This document shows positions 45,774 through 52,283 of a stretch of 52,283 nucleotides of DNA, in pieces (within the stretch, counting starts at the first letter, position 1; each line of letters opens with the position of its first letter). A program made the position numbers and the translations under genes. Source of the DNA: a virus (Duplodnaviria > Caudoviricetes); the IMG/VR virus record IMGVR_UViG_3300020171_000039, positions 1 through 52,283 of that record; one strand, given 5' to 3'. The notes under the pieces were generated by a model. The model searched no databases, was not told the DNA's origin, and saw only the letters and a list, made by a program, of their open reading frames with translations.

Positions 45774-46335
45774 TGACGAACTCTAGGATCACGGCCTCGG
45801 GACTTGCACCTCGGAGGACTCTGTCGATCATGTCCCCGGCGTCGACAGGATCAATAGCCTTGACGACCTCGCCGTCTACCACGACCTTCACAGGCTTTCC
45901 CTTGTGATCGAAGAAGAACTGGTAAGCCTTGTTGCCTTTGTTGCCAGCGTACACGAATCCTTCCTTGGTCTTCTCGAAGGTCTTGTCGGATAGCTTCGCT
46001 ACTTGGCCTGCTCCGAATCCTAGTCCAGCGATGAGCAACGGTATCTCACGGACTATTGCAGCTCCGATCTGTGCAGTGATCCCTGCGAGCTTTCCCAGTC
46101 CCATGATGATCGGTGCCAGCAGCGCCGACTCGTCAACCACCTCCACGGTCTCGCCAAGGCCTAGACGCTTCTTCGCTATCCCGGTCACATACGACCACTC
46201 CCGATCTGTGAACTTCGACACAGGCTTCTTGAACTTGGTAGCAGCACTCTTCTTCGCTGCTGCCCAGTAGTCCTCTGCTCTGTCTGGTGTCTCTCCGGCC
46301 TGTCGAGCTAGTGCATATAGAACAGCAGCTGGCAT
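45766..46335 (-). CDS. Phage head-module protein
   Basis: MP...LA..AG.....E.YW..AK...WSYVTGIAKKRLG N-terminal domain recalled from large phage head clusters. Confidence 0.65.
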   Translation of the reverse strand: MPAAVLYALARQAGETPDRAEDYWAAAKKSAATKFKKPVSKFTDREWSYVTGIAKKRLGLGETVEVVDESALLAPIIMGLGKLAGITAQIGAAIVREIPLLIAGLGFGAGQVAKLSDKTFEKTKEGFVYAGNKGNKAYQFFFDHKGKPVKVVVDGEVVKAIDPVDAGDMIDRVLRGASPEAVILEFVNG

Positions 46336-46337
46336 CG

Positions 46338-46763
46338 CTACCTCCCTGAGAGAATCTGTTCGAGTTTGTTGATGTCGTCCTGGAGAGTCTCGATCTGTCG
46401 AGTGATCCGATCGATGTCGTAACGGTTCCTTGTACTGTCCTTGAGCTTCTCGATCATCAACTCCTTGAGGTTGCCAAGAGCTTTATCCATCGCTGTGAGG
46501 TTGGACTGGATCCTGGTCTTGAGGTCCCCGACCTTCTCAGCCATCTCTGCCTTGAGTTCGTCCTTGGTCTCTTCAAGAGCTGTGTCGAACTTGTCCTCGA
46601 CGGCCTTGTCGACTTCCCCGACCTGAACCCCTGACTCGGTCCATCCCGTGATCTCTGAGAGCTTAGGACCTCCGAACAATGCGAGGAGAACAGGCAACAG
46701 AATCGTGATCCAGTGCTTGACACTCTTGGGATCGAGTACGATCTTCCCGGTCTCGTCAGCCAT
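46338..46763 (-). CDS. Membrane-anchored coiled-coil protein
   Basis: Hydrophobic WITILLPVLLALFGG followed by coiled coil. Confidence 0.6.
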   Translation of the reverse strand: MADETGKIVLDPKSVKHWITILLPVLLALFGGPKLSEITGWTESGVQVGEVDKAVEDKFDTALEETKDELKAEMAEKVGDLKTRIQSNLTAMDKALGNLKELMIEKLKDSTRNRYDIDRITRQIETLQDDINKLEQILSGR

Positions 46764-46950
46764 CGTCTTCCTCTTCGTCAAGTTCCAAGTCGATATTGTC
46801 CAGCTCTTCCTGGATCTTGTCGAACTCTTGTTCGATCTGGAGCTGCTGGATCACCAGCTCTGTTTCTTCTAGAAGGGCTGTAGCTCTATCAACGAGAGAA
46901 GGCTCAAGAGGCGAGCCTGCTAAGACGAATAATAGAGACAGTATTCTCAT
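46756..46950 (-). CDS. Small acidic protein with signal-like N-terminus
   Basis: MRILSLLFVLAG followed by acidic coiled coil. Confidence 0.5.
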   Translation of the reverse strand: MRILSLLFVLAGSPLEPSLVDRATALLEETELVIQQLQIEQEFDKIQEELDNIDLELDEEEDDG

Positions 46951-47025
46951 GGAGAACCTTCGTTGTGTCAGCTCCAAGAAGGCGCTTATGTGAGCAGGAG
47001 TTCTGTCGAGCGTAACGAGTAAGAG

Positions 47026-48614
47026 CTACTCGTACCAGCCCTCGAAGCCAGCGCTTACGATACCCGAGCCTCCAGTAGCATAGCTCCGGATCTCGATATC
47101 AGTACCAGCAACGAAGGACGGAGGCTCTTCGAGGATCCTCTGGAAGTTGGCGTAGGCGATCGACTCTCGTGACGAGATCTTCCAGGACTCTCCAGGAGGA
47201 CGGTACCACAACGCGAACCTCGTAGAGACCGACCCGGCTTCCGATCCCATCCACGAGGTGACGTACAGAGTCTTCCCAGCTGGGACAGTGTAGACCGCTC
47301 CATCCGCTGCTCCTTCCCCTGCTGGTATCAGCAAGAACGGACCGGAGGCTCCTGTATCTGCGATGGTCAACGCTCCGGCGTTCACCCCTCCAGTCCCGAC
47401 AGCGCTACACTCGACTCGGAACACTCGGAACACTCGAGGTTACTTGTTGCCAGTGCCATCCCGTTCGTCGGGAAGGTGTCGCTCTGGAACGCTCCGGCTG
47501 CGTCCAGACCGTACAGCGTGACGCTATGACAGCCTGTTCCAGGAACACCAGCGCCCTTGGCAGGATCGTCCTCGACACTTCCGGAGATCACGGTGAAGGT
47601 GTCAGCAACTACCAGGTACGGCATCGGAGTCGAAGTATTCCTCACCGTCTCCCAGGTAGCTCCGACCGTAGGATTGTATCCCCACACGTGGAACGCGACC
47701 TTCCCAGGCACGAGGTTCTTCGCGATGCTATAGCCCCGAGGCTCTGCTGATACCATCAGACTTCCGCCGTTGATAGACCTGACATTCTGGAACAGTCCCG
47801 AGGTCGTGTCCATCGCTGCGATCACAGCCTTGACCAGTTCAGCATCGTCTTGGTCAACGATGCTATCATTAACCCGGTGACTCGACGCCTTGAATCCTTG
47901 TCGAAGCAGGGTCTGGATCACGAACGTCCCTTGTGCTACTGCCCCGTTGGTGTACGAGATCCTGTAGTATCGTGCGCTAGGAGTCCACGAATACACCTTA
48001 CCCGAAGCTCCGCCTGTCAAGGTGTACCAGTCCGAATCGATAACGGTCGTCTCGTCATGACTCCACTCTACCACGAGACCGTCAACCGCTGAATCCTGAT
48101 CTGAGACGACCCCGAGGACAACAATTCCATAGGCCAAGGTGTCAGCCCACTCTCCGACGAACGACTCACCTCCTCCTAGAAGCGTGGTCGTAGAGTTCTT
48201 CGCTACGACCACGCTCACTGCCCCGATCTCTGCAGCGCTGTTGTCGTAGTCGAGGTACTTGTCATCTACGGTACCTCGGACGCTGTAACGACGAGTAGCA
48301 GCGTCGTACGTGATCTCGCTGAAGGGGTTGTCGTCGAGTCCTCTTGTGCGGATCGTATAAGCATCATCCGCCTCAGATCCGGCATACGTCGCCAGGACCA
48401 GCACCGATCCAGTTGCTGACACGATCCGATCCACGACTCTACGAGTCTCGTTGTAGAACAGAGCTCCGACGACACTCGAAGGGAATGTCGTAGCAGCGTC
48501 GGTGACCTGCTCTGCTATCGCTGCGGTGACTGTACCTGCTTCAAGTTCAGTCCCGATGTAGGCTGCGAGAGCCTCTTCGTATGATGCGAATGATTCGTCG
48601 TATGCACGCTTCAT
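47026..48614 (-). CDS. Beta-rich virion-like protein split by a frameshift near 47435
   Basis: ORFs 47382..48635 and 47026..47433 read as one continuous domain (GYNP..ET..GTG..V...GLD..NG / RVFR..GTGG.N.G..YTVPAG..TDIEIR). Confidence 0.6.
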
Positions 48615-48680
48615 GAGACCTCCTGATTGTACCACTACGGTTCAATAAGAAGGCACTTGTGTACAGGAGGATCAGGTCTG

Positions 48681-48836
48681 CTAGCCTCGGAGGTCTTCGT
48701 GGAACGGAGGGTATCTCGGATCTGAACTGAAGGTCTTGACTACGATCTTGATGGCCTTGACAAGGAATCGTTCACAGATCAGACATCGGGTCTCGGTGTC
48801 GTTGTAGTAGGCTCTGCAGTAAGGACAGGTCTTCAT
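48681..48836 (-). CDS. Small zinc-finger protein (MKTCPYCRAYYNDTETRCLICERF...)
   Basis: 51-aa ORF translated by hand; CxxC-x10-CxxC. Confidence 0.55.
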   Translation of the reverse strand: MKTCPYCRAYYNDTETRCLICERFLVKAIKIVVKTFSSDPRYPPFHEDLRG

Positions 48837-48859
48837 CCTTGCCTCGATTCTGAGAGGTT

Positions 48860-49363
48860 CTAGCCCGAGGCAAGGGCCTTCTTAGCCTCGCGTGGAAACT
48901 CGCGGTACACCTTGTCTGAGGCTGTCAACGGACCATAGTACCTGGCATCCTCGGGGTTGACGTACTCGACAACACCACCGAGTCTGTAGACAACCGGAAC
49001 GAACCTGACCCCTTTCCAGTCCCTGATCTTGGTGTAGATCTCGTACTCCCTGGTCTGGTTCTTCAGAGTGATCTCGACGAAGGGAGGAACGATGCCTCGT
49101 TCTCTGCGTCCTTCACGTTCGGTGAATCCGACCCAGAGCGTTACATGACCCGGACCTGGAACAGGATCCTGTTTCGGTTCAACCGGGGCTGAGATCTCGA
49201 GAGGAACAGAGACCAATTCAGGTCCTTGATACTCGTAGCCACAAGGGCACTCAGTTCTGGGATAGCCTCCTCCATGATCCAAGTTACCGCAAGCAGGGCA
49301 ACGCTTCGCTGTGTCGTCTCGCATCGCTAGTCGGTAGAACTCGTGACGGCTGCTCAGTCCCAT
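48860..49363 (-). CDS. Zinc-ribbon hypothetical protein
   Basis: CPACG...CPCGY. Confidence 0.65.
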   Translation of the reverse strand: MGLSSRHEFYRLAMRDDTAKRCPACGNLDHGGGYPRTECPCGYEYQGPELVSVPLEISAPVEPKQDPVPGPGHVTLWVGFTEREGRRERGIVPPFVEITLKNQTREYEIYTKIRDWKGVRFVPVVYRLGGVVEYVNPEDARYYGPLTASDKVYREFPREAKKALASG

Positions 49364-49866
49364 TCGTCATCATCTCCTTCGAGAGAAGCCAGAGCATCTA
49401 GAGCTTCGTCCTCAGGGATCACTCGGACTCGGTGGATGATCTCTTCCGGGATCTCGGAGAGACGAGAGAAGACGATCATACTATCCGGAGACTCGGTACG
49501 ATCCATGACGTGCCAGTCGTCGGTCCAGTAGAACCGTTCTTCCGGAGGATGCGCTTCGTTCCATCGACGGAAGTCGATCTTGTAGAGGACCGCGTCTCCG
49601 CTTAGATACTCATCTCGGTAGAGAACAGGAAGCCACTCGTCAGCATCCCCGATGTGAACGCCGTAGAATCCGGACAGAGCCTGATCGAACGGGTGCTCAA
49701 TCTTGAATGCTGTCTTCGGATCGGATCCAACGGCTACGAGTCGTTCTCCGTAGAAGTCTGCTTCGGGATACGCATCATCCCCAGTCCTGAGCTCGTTATC
49801 CTCGAACTCGACCGAAGTCGTACCCTCAGTTAAGGCTGCTCGTAGGAACTCTTCTCGGATAGTCAT
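49354..49866 (-). CDS. Acidic hypothetical protein (MTIREEFLRAALTEG...)
   Basis: ATGA-coupled start at 49866 with GAGG. Confidence 0.7.
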   Translation of the reverse strand: MTIREEFLRAALTEGTTSVEFEDNELRTGDDAYPEADFYGERLVAVGSDPKTAFKIEHPFDQALSGFYGVHIGDADEWLPVLYRDEYLSGDAVLYKIDFRRWNEAHPPEERFYWTDDWHVMDRTESPDSMIVFSRLSEIPEEIIHRVRVIPEDEALDALASLEGDDDEWD

Positions 49867-50114
49867 GTCAACACCTCGGCGAGAACCTGGACCAGTCGAA
49901 CAAGAGCACCTGCGACGATGACAGCGATACACCAGACCGTGAAGTATATAGTGTAGCCTTCGTTGCTACGATCGGCTACCATGTCCTGGAACAGCTCTAG
50001 ACACGATTTCCGTTCGACCTCGTCGCCAGCGTACTTGTCCAGGAGGTGCCCGGTGACGATGATACTGAGGAACGTCGGAAGAACCATCAAGGTGCGTAGA
50101 GCGGAACCGATCAT
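49863..50114 (-). CDS. Small membrane protein with two predicted helices
   Basis: Two hydrophobic segments; ATGA-coupled. Confidence 0.6.
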   Translation of the reverse strand: MIGSALRTLMVLPTFLSIIVTGHLLDKYAGDEVERKSCLELFQDMVADRSNEGYTIYFTVWCIAVIVAGALVRLVQVLAEVLT

Positions 50115-50314
50115 GTCAGTACCGCCTGGATCCACTGCTTGAGCTCATCCACAACATTGCGTGTCTTCATCTGCTCAGCAGTCAAGAACTCGATCTCTCC
50201 CTCTGGAATCGAGGAGTCGAGGACGATCTCGAACTTACCAGGACGGCCTGGTGCTCGGACCTCTGAGCTCGGCAGCTTGATCTGGAACGGCTTGGTGCTC
50301 TCACAGACCATCAC
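50111..50314 (-). CDS. Hypothetical protein
   Basis: GTG start with AGGAG. Confidence 0.6.
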   Translation of the reverse strand: MMVCESTKPFQIKLPSSEVRAPGRPGKFEIVLDSSIPEGEIEFLTAEQMKTRNVVDELKQWIQAVLT

Positions 50315-50320
50315 TTGCTC

Positions 50321-50977
50321 CTAGTTATATTTGGCAGCGAAGTCCTCGGAGGTGATCTCTTCGGCAGCAGCAGCATACGCCTTCTTGACCGCCGTCGCCA
50401 GATCCGGATCTTTCCCTGTTCCGAACTCGTCGTCACTGTTGTGCAGATCGACGATGAAGATCATCTCTCCTCGGACCTTGATCCAGATAGGTTGCTCGAA
50501 CTCTCCCGCATCGAGAATCGCTGTGTAACCGTCCCCGCTCTTGTGCTTCTTAGGTGTTCCGGCGAGCATCTCGTACTCGACGTCCGCTGCCTGGAGAGCC
50601 GTGACGATTTCCTCTGGAACCGGGCCACTCGGACCGGAGAGCTCCTGCCTCGGTCGTGTACTCCAGTCGTAGACCCTCCAGTAGAACTCGTCGACACCGC
50701 TCCGGATCCTGGAGCGTTTAAGGGTAACAAGATCCTCCCCTCGCTCGTCGGTCCAGGAGACGGAACCGGTCACGTCCATCTCAGCATCTGGAGCCTTCGG
50801 ATCCATCCCAAGCTCTCGGATCTTCTCCTCAGCGTCCTCACGATCATGGAAGGGGTAGTAGGTCACCATCCCGAGAGCGCTGTCCTTCGTCGGCTTCCCG
50901 TCGTAGGAGTCTTCCTCGCTGATCTGAGGCTTCCCTACCGCGGACTTGAACTCGTTCATCACCTTGTCAGTCATCAC
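50321..50977 (-). CDS. Acidic hypothetical protein
   Basis: 218-aa ORF with AGGAG RBS. Confidence 0.7.
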   Translation of the reverse strand: MMTDKVMNEFKSAVGKPQISEEDSYDGKPTKDSALGMVTYYPFHDREDAEEKIRELGMDPKAPDAEMDVTGSVSWTDERGEDLVTLKRSRIRSGVDEFYWRVYDWSTRPRQELSGPSGPVPEEIVTALQAADVEYEMLAGTPKKHKSGDGYTAILDAGEFEQPIWIKVRGEMIFIVDLHNSDDEFGTGKDPDLATAVKKAYAAAAEEITSEDFAAKYN

Positions 50978-51324
50978 TTGCTCCTGTACCGATGTGACCA
51001 GTTACGAAGACCGAGGCCTTCCTTGGGATAGTACCTCGGGACAACGATACGATGAGGAATCAGGACCTCAGCAGGTTCGTAGACTTCCTCGTACGTACAG
51101 CACCTGCTACGAATGAAGTCCCAGTGCTCTACTCTCCGAGCTGCAGCCTTCATCGATCGGGTGAGATGACGAGACTCGTCGCAGAGGTCCGAACCTGTGG
51201 ACGAGATCGTGAACGTCGAGGCTCCTACGGCGTAGTCTGGGTACAGGAAGACGACGTTCCCTGTGACGTGGTGGATGGTAGCCGTGGAACTTGCAGGACT
51301 CCAGGCTTGAGTCGATGAGATCAT
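50974..51324 (-). CDS. Hypothetical protein
   Basis: Coupled ORF with GGAG RBS. Confidence 0.55.
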   Translation of the reverse strand: MISSTQAWSPASSTATIHHVTGNVVFLYPDYAVGASTFTISSTGSDLCDESRHLTRSMKAAARRVEHWDFIRSRCCTYEEVYEPAEVLIPHRIVVPRYYPKEGLGLRNWSHRYRSK

Positions 51325-52199
51325 TCAGCTCTCCTCATCTGGATCCGTGACGCTCCTGGTGTAGGAGTCGGGACGATCCTCACGATCTCCCAACGTTTCG
51401 TCTTGGTCCTGAGACCGGTCTTGAGACCGAATCCGAAGTCCTTCCCGTCGCAGTAGAGGAAGTAGTACGGAGCTTCGTCCTTGGTAGAGTAGCTGACGAT
51501 GTCACCTGGTTCGAGCCGGTCAGCGTCGGAGGTGGCTGCTGCTACCTGAACATCGTAGTCGAATGTCTGTTCCTTGATCGTGTCCTCGACACCGGTCCCG
51601 TCAGGATCGAAGAAGTCCACGTAGGACTGGATGGTCTTGACCTGGGCAGGTGTCCAATGGTACGACCGCTTCCCATCCCGGTCCTTGGGATTGATCAGTT
51701 CGGTCTTGTCGCCCTTGCACTTATCGAACCAGTCCTGGAGGCTCGTACCTTTCTCCTGCGACATCGCAGCCCAGTCACAGACCATCTCTGCCAGGTCCGT
51801 GTCGGACATCTTCTGGGGGTCGCCTAGAGCTTCGGGATGGTGGCTGTTGTCCTTGTTCTTGACGTGGTTCCCTGTTGCTCTGTCAACCTGGTCCTTGACA
51901 CCAGGAGGATACTCGAAGGTCTTCCCTTCGTCCTTGGACTTGTACCACCACGTCAACCAGACGTACGGTTCGATCTCGCCTTCGCTGTACTTCGAGGCAT
52001 CGTGTACGTCGGCACGATCCTTGAGTAGCTCCGCCTCGTCGACCAGACCGGAGGTTGCAAGAGCCTCGCAGTTCTGCTGGACCCTGGTGATGTGGTTGGC
52101 TGTACGACGGTGGTAGAAGTCGAGCATCTCTTGTGTAGGCTCAGGAAGGCTGTCTTCTTCCTGAAGTGCGAGCTTCGTGAAGATGTCTGCGGGATTCAT
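51321..52199 (-). CDS. HD-superfamily phosphohydrolase-like protein (DUF5662-like)
   Basis: H...V, HDASKYS, H...N.HHPE and EMVCDWAAMS metal-binding motifs. Confidence 0.75.
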   Translation of the reverse strand: MNPADIFTKLALQEEDSLPEPTQEMLDFYHRRTANHITRVQQNCEALATSGLVDEAELLKDRADVHDASKYSEGEIEPYVWLTWWYKSKDEGKTFEYPPGVKDQVDRATGNHVKNKDNSHHPEALGDPQKMSDTDLAEMVCDWAAMSQEKGTSLQDWFDKCKGDKTELINPKDRDGKRSYHWTPAQVKTIQSYVDFFDPDGTGVEDTIKEQTFDYDVQVAAATSDADRLEPGDIVSYSTKDEAPYYFLYCDGKDFGFGLKTGLRTKTKRWEIVRIVPTPTPGASRIQMRRAE

Positions 52200-52283
52200 C
52201 GGATAGCCTTCCAATTGTCATCGAACATCATAGCCGGGTCGCTTCCGGTCCCACCGTAGCTTAAGATGTACTTCACGACACCT

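Noticed and set aside
46338-46950. Spanin pair
   Set aside because: No lipobox Cys in the small protein and no adjacent endolysin; left as membrane proteins
1-52283. Stop-codon reassignment
   Set aside because: Core genes are full length in the standard code, and TAG, TGA and TAA all end genes at sensible positions

Overview
A 52 kb segment of a large, GC-rich, T4-like myovirus (contractile-tailed phage). Essentially all real genes lie on the minus strand. In transcription order (right to left): small hypothetical and putative internal-head genes (including an HD/DUF5662-like protein and a WYL-domain protein); prohead protease fused to scaffold; major capsid; neck; tail terminator; sheath; tube; tail chaperone; tape measure with an SLT domain; baseplate hub, spike and wedge; LamG and fibre proteins; a 2073-aa fibre-like protein; a displaced portal; then UvsW-like helicase, DnaB-like helicase and primase. 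Most notable: (1) a ~75-aa beta module inserted in frame, at least 8 times, into four different virion proteins; (2) head proteins built as cassettes joined by a recurring ESKK..RR..NE linker with identical codons; (3) a WYL domain fused to a prohead-core-like tail; (4) a circularly permuted SLT domain; (5) a candidate +1 frameshift in the tail chaperone and a candidate ATC start. Family calls rest on recognised motifs and gene order; no database search was run. No tRNA, rRNA, CRISPR, integrase or terminase was seen.
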